The position numbers and the translations under genes were made by a program. Under the pieces are notes generated by a model, which worked only from the letters and a program-made list of their open reading frames with translations, was not told the DNA's origin and searched no databases. Shown in pieces: positions 52,239 to 64,000 of a stretch of DNA of 64,000 bases. This DNA comes from Marsupella aquatica (lineage: Eukaryota; Plantae; Marchantiophyta). The DNA is taken from the NCBI GenBank assembly GCA_973895155.1, contig OZ316892.1:23227168-23291167 (forward strand). The letters are read 5' to 3'. Numbering within the stretch: the stretch's first letter is position 1; each line of letters begins with the position of its first letter.

Positions 52239-53352
52239 GACGTATATGTTTGATGGGACCCTTGCGAAATTTTTTTATGTAACAGGTCCCTACTACACTT
52301 TTGTTACAAACTAGAACCCCCACAAAAATGTTGTTACAAACTAGGCCCCTTGCATAGGTTCTGTACAATTGGTTTTCATGTGGTGCCTAATTACATGGTC
52401 AACCACACATTTCCCACCGCAATCCATCGCGCGGAGCATCATAGTTCACAGTGTTTACATCTATACTTGAAGTCATAATTGATTATCAGCTTTTAAGTAC
52501 ATTGTCACTAAAGATGTTTGAATTTACAATGCAGCCACTGTTTGTTTTGTATTTATAAAAATATTATGATTTTGTATATAGATGACAAGTTTACCAAAGT
52601 AACCAAGGGAACTATATAAAAGCTTAATGGGTTTATATGTTTTCACAAGATTATAGAGTTTTAGGTGATCCACCGCACATTATAGCTCGGGTTTGTATAA
52701 CATTTAGTCTAAATTTTTAGTCTATTTCTTGCTGGCTAGCAAATTTCCTGTTATGATGGAGTCCATCATGGTGTGTTTGTTTCACAATTAGACAATTTTG
52801 AAAGTTGCAACAAAGAAAAATAGCCAAGAGTAAAAGATCATTGGTTCCTTCCATACTTAGACAAATTTGCACTCTAGATGTGAGAAGACACATCCATGTT
52901 GTCCTTTTTCCACACTTGGGCAATTTGTGAATGTTGCAATAAGGACCAATGGCCAAAAGTAGAGGATTCATTCCATACTTAGACAAAGGAACAAAGAGAA
53001 ACGTCAAAATATCATGCAAACTTTAGGAAGCAACCTAAAGACAAACGGTGTGGTAGAAATTCAAAACTAAAGACATGAACCATATTGTTTTCACTTAGGA
53101 ACTTGCAGTTCACGCAATGGCTGCCATTACTCTGCGGTTTTCCAAACGGTGTAGTTTGTCAATGAGCATGATTTGACTCTAAACTTTACAGTAACTTTTA
53201 TTGGTGATAATATCAAGCTAAAACTCTTTATAGGAGCTTTACAAGAACATCTAACACAAAAGTGTGAGTGGGGGTCCAGTCTGTAACAAAAAGTTTCAGA
53301 AGGGCATATCACTTAAATTCATTTGGCAGGGGTCCCATCAAGCATATAACTC
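52239..53352. mobile_element. Degenerate foldback element with ~100-bp TIRs, with the same terminus family as 15393-16388
   Basis: Left TATATGTTTGATGGGACCC...TTTTGTTACAAACTAGAACCCCAC; right reverse complement TATATGCTTGATGGGACCC...TTTTGTTACAGACTGGACCCCAC. No TSD recognisable. Confidence 0.6.
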
Positions 53353-53894
53353 ACTCTTCCATGGCTTGAAGCTGGACCTCATCTTATCAACAAGGTCTTA
53401 ACCATTAAGCTAGATATGGACCTCTTATCCACAAGGGCTTAACCATTAAGCTAGACTTCAAGTTGCTAACCTATTCATAAATGTTCATTATGCACACTTG
53501 TTTTGTCTTAGTTCTTTTAAGAGTCCAAACAAATATGTAGAGTACATCATTTTGCTATGGTAAGTGAGCTGTACATGGGAAAGTACACATTCTCTTCAAA
53601 CATTAATATTAATTAATTCTCCCATTCTCTTGGAGATCATTATATATTTAAGAGTTTTATTATTACATTGTAATTAAATTCTTAATTCAACTCATTAAGA
53701 TAGGATAGTTATCCTTGTACCTTGCTACAAGATAAACTAGCTAACTATCATGTTCCAAAATGAACATGCTATTTTAGAACTAACCTCAAGACGAGGCTAA
53801 TCATCGGGATTAGCATTGATTATCCCCGTACCTGGCTGCCCCTGCCTAGTATTCCTTAGATCGCGACAGGAGGGAGTTATGCTAAAGAGCAAGT

Positions 53895-54270
53895 TCCGAC
53901 ATCTTTAGCATAACGACATGTTGGTGCCACAACATCTTTTTACTAGTTGGTGACATCTTTTCACTTCATGCACATAACAAGATCTTTGGCGACACAACAT
54001 CTTTTTTCTTCATGACATCTTTTTATTAACAACATCTTTGGCAAAATGACTATTGTTTCTTAACAACATCTTTTTACTTGACTATATTGTTGATGAAAAG
54101 TCTTGTTTTGTCTTGAAAAATCTTAGTTTTTACTTGATGACATCTTTCAAAATTTGACATCTTTGGTGAAACTGTTTTTTTTTCTTAACAACATCTTTTT
54201 ACTTCATGACATTTTTCACGTAACAAAATATGTGACATGAGATATTTTTTCTTAACGCCATCTTTTGTGC
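53895..54270. repeat. Degenerate short-unit array (ACAACATCTTT / GACATCTTT)
   Basis: More than 10 copies of CATCTTT at irregular spacing. Confidence 0.7.
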
Positions 54271-54409
54271 AATGCACAGGTATTGAGCTACTGTAGTTTA
54301 ATTGGTAATGAAAGTCTATCATGATTCAAAAAATATCTAAAGTATACTTGTGATTAGGAATGGGCAAGCAAAATCTAAGGATCATGTTCACAGGTATTAT
54401 GGGTGTTGT

Positions 54410-55315
54410 AACACAACATAGGTCCTCAACAGTTGGCCTCCTGTAGTCCTTATTGGCCACATCACCTTATCACCCTGTCCCCCTGACCCTATTATAGCAT
54501 GTTCATCCTCTTAAATATGCTCCACCTTTTGTCTAGTAGTAATCCTACTCATATTCTACAATATTCCCTGGGATTTGTTGAAACATTCAAATAAAATGGA
54601 TGCAATAATGTACTGTAGGTCCTCAACAATTGGCCACCCATGGTCCTTTATTGGCCACATCATTCTATCACCCTGACCCCCCTCCACATAGGATGTTCAT
54701 GACATGCTTCAATTTTTGTCTTGTAGTTTTCTTGTCCATATCCAAGTCCCTGGGATTGTTTAGACCCATACGGGAGTCTCCAGGATTGGTTATAGACTTT
54801 TTTGAAACATGTATACAATAGGATAATGACAGTCTGGATCATTCTATCACCCTGACCCCCCTCCACATAGGATGTTCATGGTCCTAAGACATCTTCAATT
54901 TTTGTCTTGTAGTTTTCTTGTCCATATCCAAGTCCCTGGGATTGTTTAGACCCATACCCGAGTCTCCAGGATTGGTTAGACTTTTTTGAAACATTTATAC
55001 AATAGGATAATTACAGTCTGGTCTGGAGTTTCTAGCCTGCAACCATGTGACTAATAAAGAGTGACAGAAACCTAATCTACACTAGGGGAGGCTTTGCAAA
55101 GCTTTCTTGGACCTGGGTTCAGGCTAGAACCCTTGCCCAGACCTCCCTCCCTTATACTATGCAATAATTACAAATGTCCGGGGAAAAAGGTTATTAACCA
55201 GGGAGGCTTTGCAAAGCTTTCTTGGACCTGGTTTCAGGCTAGAACCCTCGGCTAGACCTCCATTATACTATGCAATAATTACAAATGTCCGGGAAAAAGG
55301 TTATTAACCAGGGAT
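54410..55315. repeat. Tandem duplications (~180-bp and ~113-bp periods) related to the 23800-24600 block
   Basis: CATTCTATCACCCTGACCCCCCTCCACATAGGATGTTCATG x2 and GGAGGCTTTGCAAAGCTTTCTTGGACCTGG x2. The TAGGATAATGACAGTC motif is shared with ~23928. Confidence 0.75.
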
Positions 55316-55967
55316 TATGGGAATAGCATCTAGAACCTAAGCCCAAACCGCCCTTATGGTACATAAACTGGGCACATACCAAACGTTACCTGTTTGTAAA
55401 ACATTGTGGGTCCAACAGTTGGCCACCTGTAGTCCTATAATTAGTACTGGCCATATCATTATGTCACCGCGGCCCCCCCGTTACCCTAGTCATGGCTCAG
55501 TCCACGCTTCCTTTGAACTCCCCCCCTCCCGTTTGTCTGTTTCCTCTTCTCTCTCCTCTCGTGCGTTCCCTTCTTTTCTCGTCTTCGGTAATGCTTTCAC
55601 TTTCCGTTCTTCTCGACAATACTGTAAGCCGTTCTCTCCTCTCCTCTCCTCTCCTCTCCTCTCTCGTCTACCCTCTCCTCTTTCCTAGCTTCCCTTTTGG
55701 TGTCCTGAAGGACGTTGCTCTGCCCTCCGCCACTCTTCTCGTCTCCTCTCTTCAGAAAAATCCGCACTCTTCTCTTCTTTTCTCTTTTCTCTTTTCTTCT
55801 GGTCTCGTCCTCAATCTGCCCTTTTGGGGTTATTGTCGGAGGGCGTTGCTCTGCGGATCGATCACCCGCCCGCACACGGAAGAAAGAAGGCGGGCGGGCG
55901 GGCGGGCGAGCGAGGGAGGCGTTTATGGATGGTGGTGGCATTGGAGGCGGGTGATGAGGTGACTGCA

Positions 55968-56221
55968 AGTGAAGTGAAGTGAAGTGAAGTGAAGTGAAGT
56001 GAAGTGAAGTGAAGTGGAGGCAAGGCAAGGCAAGGCAAGGCAAGGCAAGGCGAGGGGAGGGGAGGCGTGGGCGGAGGCAAAGCATGAGAGGCACGAGGAG
56101 GGCAGAGCAGACGGTAAGTGCAGCCCCGAGGCGTTTTGGAAGTGTAACGATGTCAGCATTTGGGTTCAAGCAAGGGATATCCTCTGCATATTTGAGAGAT
56201 GGATGGATGGATGGATGGATG

Positions 56222-56258
<37 letters not shown>
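55968..56258 (+). repeat. Microsatellite run in the TPR gene leader: (GAAGT)n, (GCAAG)n, (GGAT)n, (TGAT)n
   Basis: Read directly from the sequence. Confidence 0.9.
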
Positions 56259-56263
<5 letters not shown>

Positions 56264-56581
56264 ATGCATCGTGGAGGGAGGAAAGAGGTGTGAGACCTAA
56301 GTGCGGCGCGGGCGGCTTGTTTGATGAGATGCAGGAAAAGGATTGATAATTTGTAAGCGGATTTGTGCGTCTGGGAGTTCTGTTGCTTCGGTGAGAGGAG
56401 TTTTGAATAGGGTTTGGGAGGGATTGTGAGGGGTTGATTTTGTAAGTGTGCTAATTATCAGGCGATGGATTGTTGTTCGTTGATGATTCTTTCAGAGGAG
56501 AAGGGAGGATAGAGGGGGGAGGTTTAGGGATCAATTTTGTGTGTGGATAAAGGAGGAAGGGGAAGTTGGACAGGGGATATT

Positions 56582-59500
56582 ATGTCCATGTTGGTTGGGG
56601 TAAGGGGGCAAACGAGAGAGAGTGAGGGAGCCGCACTGCGAGAGGGGATTATACAGCAACCGGGCCCATTCTACAATGGAAATCCTTCGTCTATCATCTG
56701 GGGAAACACCCCCACGACGACGCCTCTCTGGAGAGAAGAGTCCGTGTCGCCCTGTTCTGCGACGACATCTTCTTCGTCAGGTTTGGGTATCTCCAAACTG
56801 CAGCAGCATATGCACACGGAAGAAAAGGAGAAAGACCGCGACAGCAGTGCAGCAGCAGGAATGATGACGGGAGAAGGGAGGGCGTCCTCCAAAGCGAGAC
56901 GCCATATCACTAGGGCTCATTTGGCTCGTCATCTGAATCCGAATCAGACCTCGAATCCCAATCCTTCCCCATCCCCTTCCCCTTCTTCACCCTTCGCATT
57001 TGGTTTCCCTCCTCAACCTCCGCCAGGCTCATCGTCTGCCGCCTCTGCGCCTGGACTTGGGCAATCAAGGATGCCCACTGCTATGTCATCCGGTGGTTCT
57101 TTTGTGGCGTTTGGCACTGGTGACAGGAATTTCGTACCTGAAGCCTTCGGTTTCGGAACAGGGGCAATTCCAAGCCCCCAAGATGAGCGGATGGAAGATA
57201 TTGAAGAAGTCATACCATCCATGGCGAACTTGACAATGAACTCTCCAGGAGATTTACAATTCTCTGTTCCGAAGGTTGATCAACTAACCAGACGAAGTGG
57301 TGTGGCTGCCCAGGATGAAACAAGCTGGGGAGACACTCCGGAATCCCAAGTGGCCGCAAAGTTTAGTGCTTTAGGGCTTAACTACGCCTCCACTACCACC
57401 ACCACCGAGCCGTCAGAGGATCACAGAAAGGATGCTGCCCCAGCGGGAGTTTTCGTTTTTGGAGCAAAACCTGCATTGAGCAAAGAAACAACAGCAGCAG
57501 AAGTCCCACAGAAGCAGCCGCCATCAATCGTCCAACAACCGGTGGCCCCAGCAGCAGCAAGATCTCGTCAAGTGAAGGTGAAGAGGAGTGCATCTGCAAT
57601 CAAGGGCAAAGGAATAGCAGCAGCAGCGGTAGCAGCAGGTAATGGGGCATTCAGTCCACAAGAACCTTCTCCTCCCGTGGACTTGCATGTGGAGGGCTCT
57701 TCTGACCCTGCCAGTGGGGAGTGCTCATTCTCACAACCAACATCTCCTCCCGCCGGTCTTGACATTCCTTCTCCTGTCAACTCCCCCGAATGCTGCTCCA
57801 GTGATGATTCATCGTCTCAGGGATTTGTATCGTCCTCCTCTATGCCCATACCTGTACAACAACAACAAGATTCTGCTCCGGAAGGGGCGCACCAAGTACA
57901 ATCACCGTCTGGGTCAGGAGGGCGTCATCCGAATTTCGTTGTCGGTGAGATCGCAAAGGGTAGCAATTCTTCTTCCGGGGAATCAAGTGCTAGATCAGAA
58001 CTGTCAACCGTAGCTGAAACTTTGCTCAAAGCGTCTAACATGGGGAATGATATCTCACTGTCTGCAGCATTTAGCAGAGTCGCTAGTAGCAGCAAGAAGG
58101 GATTAAGTAGTGTACTTGAGAGTAGTGGCTCCTCCTCTGGTCGGTTAGCATTCAATACTTCTTCTTCCGTGGGTTTTTCTGACAATGCCACTCGTGAAAA
58201 TGTGTCCTCTGGGAAACCTGAATTTGCCTCAGGTGGTGGTGATTTTGACGCGGATATTCGATTGCAGCAAATAGATGAAGATCTGAGCGCCGACCTCGCC
58301 CTGAAATTGGATCTAGGAGGATCTCTCTCCTCCGCTAGGAATGCATCAGCCGCAGACAGAAGTGCTGCTCCTGTCGCCAAGTCTGGCAAGCCTTTTAGCA
58401 CCAGTGAAGCTGCTGCTGCTGCAACAGGATCTTTAGAGAAGGATGTTCTCGCTGCTCCAATTTTGTTTCCCCGCGATGCAGAGACAGCCGGAGGAGGGAA
58501 TCAAGATGGTGACCATTCTTCTTCATCATCACCAACTAATACTGTCGAATTTTCGAGGGTGGCGAAAGATACAGCCACTGTGGACGCACAGATGCCTCCT
58601 GCTTTCCGTCCTTTTGCCCGAGTCCAGTCTGAACCGAATGCAATTCATGCAGCCCCCCAAGAACCTTTCGTGTTTGGGGCATCCCATTCTCAGCAGTCCA
58701 CAAGCACGGGGACGGGGGCTCCGCCGGCGGCACCATTGTTCAAATTTGCCGCGACGGGTACTCCCTTATCTACCTCACCGAGTTCCAGTAGTACAGGAGG
58801 GGGTGGTGGCAGCAGAAATGCAAATATTTCAGCATCGGATCTACTCGCATTCAAGCACAAGGGCTCAGTTTCGGCCACCACATCACAAGCGCAAGCTGAT
58901 ACGGATGCAGTACCCTCTTCTCTCTCTTCCTTCAACCTGGGTGCAGCAAAAATTCCGGTCAAGGCGGATAGGGCGAACAAGTCCGAAGATTTTGTGTCTC
59001 GTTCTATGAAACAAGGTCTGCCGACGCCCCCTATCCCTCCCGTTGCTGGCGGGGCAAATGCTAAAGAGGACTCTGATGAGAACTCCTCATACGTTAGTGC
59101 AAATTCAAGGTTCGTATTTTCAGCTGGCTCTGGCGCTGGATCTCCTGCGTCATCTCAAGGGACCGCTCCTGTGGCTGCGGAACCCAAAGCAGCAACTGCT
59201 GTCCCGAGTGCAGAGCAGAAATTGAAAGAAAATATTTTGCCGACGGAAAGCAATGTGACGCCAGAATTTTTCGAGGCTCAGAGTTGGTCTCAACCTATAA
59301 ATGCACGCAGCAAGTCCTTTGAATTTCAGGCAAACAGCGGAAGTGGTAGTGCTGCTGGTGGGAAAAATACCGTCAGGAAAAAGAGCAACAGAACTCGTGC
59401 CTCCAATCCGAAAAGGCAGAGTCGATCTACGGCAACGTCACAGGAGAACAGGAACTCTGACTCTTTTGCTAATTTTGTTGATCTGTCTGGTACCGCTGAA

Positions 59501-62500
59501 GAAGCTGGCTCTCCCATGGACTTCTCACCTCAGCGCTACACTCCCCCAGATGACACTTTCCATGATATTGGCCAGCAGACTGCAAAGCACGCCGCGTGGA
59601 ACAATAGCGCCTCAATGGAAAGGGATGGACTGGATGGAGATGATGAGTGGGCTCAATACTCTGAAACAGACGTGGCCATAGAGAATCTAAGGAATGCAGC
59701 GAATGATCTGACTCTTGGAAGCAAGCCAGGAGGACGTTCCACATGGGAGGGGATTGGGAAGGGTGAGGACGAGTCTTTCTGGTGGGGTGGAAAAGAAAAC
59801 ACTCCAGGACAGACAACAGGGAGAAGTGGGAAATGGAAACGGACAGTGTTTGATGAGAATCAGGTTCCCTTTAGTGGTAAGGATAACACATGGGCTGACA
59901 TACAGGGAGGTACTCCCATTGAGCCTGGAAGTGCTTTTTCCAGCTCAACAGCAAGTGTGGATTCAAGTGCCAGCAGTAGTAGTTGGGGACCATTTACGTT
60001 TACTGCTGGCTCGTCTCCAAAATTCTCTTCTACTACGTCATTCCTCAGGAGACATGCTCGGCGAATTCAGCGGGACAGACCTATTCCAGGATCTACTGAG
60101 GGGACAAAAGCAGCAAGTGCCAAGGCTCAAGCGGAAGCTATCTCGTCGACACAAGCAGGGATGAATGTAGGTGTTGGGGGAGGTGCATCATCAGCAGCGG
60201 GTGGCTCTACAACCATGAGACGTCCGGTATTTGCTTTTGAAACACGAGGAAATCCATCTGCCGATGCAGGGCAAGGAATAAATGGAAGAGCTTCAAACTG
60301 GGAACAACCCAAAGTACCAAGTGGTATTTTTCCTTCCAGATCCAACTCATGGTCTACTGAATCATCGATGGGTTCTCTACCCAGATCAGACGGGGTCGGA
60401 CCCTCAAACCCTCACACTGTCGGAGCAGCAGCAACAGAGCAAGTTTGTGAAAGATGGCGACTTCGGTTAGTGTGATTTTTGAACCTATTCTCTCGCTTTG
60501 AATAGAGATACATGCTTACGAAGTTCTTTATTGTTTAGGAAGTTTTCTTTGCAAGGAGTTGGTTGTCTCTTCTAACATTGTTTGTTAGACGATGTCAAGT
60601 TTGTTATATTGGCTCTCCTAGAAAATGTATACCTGGTGATGTCTTATGATAGTTTTCGTTGCCTTACCTTGCTTTGCCTCCGTAATTTTACGTTAAAAGA
60701 AACATCTGGCCCAACCTATATCCTCATGCTCAATATGAACACAGGTGAGAAGGGTTTCTTTTTGTGCCACGAAAACCCTTATTTTCAGAGGTAGAAATTT
60801 AGACAGTTAATGCGTCTCGTGACGTTAGACTTACCAGACTCAAAGAAAGTGGCAGTTGAAGATGGGTTGTTCAAAGGGAGAGAGATTGGTTCCATCATAG
60901 ACTCCTGAAAATTTGATGGAGAAATTATGTCACGTGCTTTTGTTGGGCCCACATCAGGGGAAATCAGGCCTATGCAAATGGAGACTTTCCCAAGGCGGAA
61001 GAGTACTACTCTCGTGGTGCTAGCAGTGTACCTCCAAATGAGACTTCTCAAAGTTGCATAAGAGCTTCTATGCTGTGCTACAGCAATCGTGCAGCGACCC
61101 GAATGGTTGTTGGACGCATGCGTGAAGCTGTAGCTGATTGCATGAGGGCCATGACGGTGGACCCTAACTTCCTTCGAGTCAGATTACGAGCTGCAAAGTA
61201 AGTCCCTGACCTGAGCTATGGAATTGCATAGACTTCTCAATAACGTTTGCCAATAGTATCCTAGGTTCCTTTTGGACAGTAGCCATCGTCGTAGCTGTAT
61301 AACTTGTTTATATACTGCTAATGTCATTCAGTATTTAGGGAAAATCAAGATGTTCTGGATGAGGTCCTTATGCACTTATATCAATTTCAACTATGGCAGT
61401 GTAGAAATGATTGATCTATGACATGGTTTTGTCATGTGCGGTTTACAGTTGTTATCTTGCCTTGGGTGAAACTGAGCCTGCTGCACTAGCTTTCAAAGAA
61501 TGCATTCGACGTGCAAAAGAGGATGACCAGCCAGATGTAAAAGTTTCCGCAGAGGCATCAGACGGACTGCGGAAAGCCTTGGTAAATTACTTGGTTTTAT
61601 ACGATTGTTCTGGGACTGCATTCCTTTGTAATGTTCTTAGCATGCTTTGTGCTTCTACCACAAGGGGGCAATATTGAGCCCAATAAAGTTCAGGATAATC
61701 AGGCGAGGTGATAATTGCCTGAATCGTAGCTTGGCTTAGCAGGTTCTGGCCCCTTCTCATATCCCTGAAAGAGTGTGACCTGCCTCTTTTTTTAGGAGGA
61801 ACCAGGGCACCACTCAATGAGCCAAAATATTCTAGCAGATCGTCTTACTAGAGGCTTCTGAAGCCAGGATAGCCTCGAGGTTGGGCACGGGGCAGTGGTT
61901 TGACATAGCTTTGAGACCATAACATTGATCGCTGTTTTACTTGTCTACTGTGCAAGCAGCAAGTGGAGGAGTATCTTGACCGGGCTTCTGAAATCCTGGG
62001 TAACTCGACTTCCGGGGATACTCCAACAGCGCTACGTCTACTAAACGAGGCTCTTCTAAGTAGCCCGCATTCAGAGCGGGCTCTAGAATTCAAATCTCGG
62101 GCTCTCCTAATTGTGGGTTTCACTTGCCTTGATTGACAACCACTTGTACTTGTCTATACCTAGTTCCAATCTGTCTGTTCCTAGTATTGGTGCTTTGTGT
62201 CACTCTCTCATTTTTGTCTGTCACTCTTAACGCTGGTGTTATACTGATGATCTGGTTTGACAGGAGACCTGTGTGACAACCCTAGTTAGAAGTTATTGAC
62301 AAGAATAAGGCTGCAAAATGTGCAACAGTGTTTGAATATCCCAGCCACAAGATATATATCAGAGCCGAGGTTTTTTGTGCTCTATGGTGAAGTTGTGGAC
62401 CATGATTCTTGGAGATTCTTAAGGCAAAGGTTCCTAGGAAGGCATTTTCGAAGTCAGCTCTTGGTCTAATATAACTTTGTTACGTCGGCAATAATCTGAC

Positions 62501-64000
62501 TTGAAAACTTATTTTGCTGCAGCTCCGGCGGTATGAGGAAGTGGTTCAACTCTGTGAGCAGAGTTTGGTGACAGCTGAACGGAATCATCCCCCGGCAAGT
62601 GGTGACTCTTCAATTTACCAACTACTGCAAGCTGCTAGTGCGGGTGGCACTGCCAAACCTTCAGGTGCTGCATCTCATCTGAAGATGTGGCGGTGGCAGC
62701 TAAATGCCAAAGCCAAGTTTCATCTTGGAAGACTGGAGGAGGCACTTGACATGATAACAAAACTGGACGAAATGGCATCTACAGTCACACCCGATAAGTA
62801 AGCTTCTTCAGATAGTGGACTGATGTTCTTGCAGATGTCATAGTGGAGTGTTGGAGTTCATACGGTAGTCGTTTGGATTATTTGGATGTCTATTTCGTAA
62901 CTGGTATGGATACTCTAGCAAGTGGATGAAGAATGGAATCTGGGCCGGTCAATGAAACGCCTGTTTTTAAGAGAGATCTAGATAATCCAGAGCATGATCT
63001 GTGAAAATCTCTTGGGAGAGGGAGGTTGTTATACGGTGGATAGTTGTTTGAAATTGGCAAGTGATAACCGCTTCGCCAATTTATGGTTCTCATTTTTGCT
63101 TGATGACAGGGCCAACTCTACAGGGACTTTACCCGGATCAGATCCTTGGACACTTTCGATTGCAAGCATACGTGATCTGCTTCGGCACAAGGTGTGGCTA
63201 TGGAATCTTGTCCTAGTTTGTGTCTAGTGTGAATTCTGTCCTTCGGTGCACTCGTCACAAATTAACGACGTGTGGGATGTTCTCAGAGTGATAGTTCAAG
63301 TTAATTAGTTTGGTACAGTTTGATCTTGAAAAAATTCAAGGCAGTCACTCGTGGGTGACAAGCAATCAAATGGACTGTGCCATTTAGTCACAGGTAGAGA
63401 TAGAGTTTGACTCTCATTTTCACTTTCAATGCATGTTGTCAAATTGAATGCGAGAGTCTTGTTAGATCACTTCTTGATTGTTTCAAGTGGTTTTGCAGGC
63501 TGCGGGAAATGATGCTTTTCAAAATGGAAAGCATGCGGAAGCAGTGGAGCACTATTCAGCTGCATTGGCCTGCAATGGAGATTCACGTCCTTTCAATGCT
63601 GTGTGCTTTTGCAATCGGGCTGCAGCTTCCCAAGCTTTGGGAAATATTGGTGATGCAATTGCTGACTGTAGCCGGGCAATTGCACTGGATCCTAAGTATG
63701 CAAAGGTTAGCACCGGACTGTTTTATTTAGGAACCATTTTGAGATTGCCTTTGTGTGTGGTGAAGATCTCAGGCTTTGTTCTCTTTGGGGAATTTGCAAG
63801 GATGATTCTGTAATATTATTTAATGGCTCTCATACGCCATCAGATATCCGCCTGAGTGATTGGGTTTTTTAATTACAGGCAATATCAAGACGCGCCACTT
63901 TACATGAAAAGGTTCGTGATTATGGCCAATCCTGTCATGACTTGCAAAGATTGATCACTCTGTTGGAAGGTCAACAGCAACAGTCGAGAACAACCCTTAG
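56582..64000 (+). CDS. TPR-repeat DnaJ co-chaperone (DNAJC7-like, At5g12430/At2g41520 TPR16/TPR15 type), 3' end outside the window. Exons ~56582-60465, 60958-61197, 61449-61581, 61960-62112, 62523-62797, 63110-63191, 63499-63705, 63879-end
   Basis: CERWRLRGNQAY..GDFPKAEEYYSRG...MLCYSNRAATRM..GRMREAVADC...DPNFLRV, LLRHKAAGNDAFQNGKHAEAVEHYSAAL...RPFNAVCFCNRAAA, SPMDFSP. The J-domain is expected downstream but is not visible here. Confidence 0.9.

Noticed and set aside
55356-56235. Several ORFs in the TPR gene leader
   Set aside because: They are translations of microsatellites (LHFTS, GKARQ repeats).

Overview
Eukaryotic nuclear DNA from a land plant, most likely a bryophyte (inferred from GT-AG introns, plant gene families, an ISN1 gene and microsatellite-rich leaders). 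It holds seven protein-coding genes: MSI1, an At5g63100-like SAM methyltransferase, ISN1 (IMP-specific 5'-nucleotidase), PEN-2, HDC1/Rxt3, an unidentified multi-exon coiled-coil gene, and a TPR/DNAJC7-like co-chaperone cut off by the window end. There is also one tRNA-Lys(CUU), a decayed Ty1/copia element, nested Mutator-like foldback elements, a possible Helitron RPA relic, a ~145-bp satellite-like array just upstream of HDC1, and many local tandem duplications. I found no CRISPR array or prokaryotic system. The best leads are a plant ISN1 with a transit-peptide-like extension and an 18-nt microexon, nucleoporin-like FxFG motifs in the ~1300-aa disordered N-terminus of the TPR protein, linkage of two HDAC-complex partners (MSI1 and HDC1), and tRNA A-box fragments next to the tRNA gene. 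All exon models and family calls were made by eye, without database searches.
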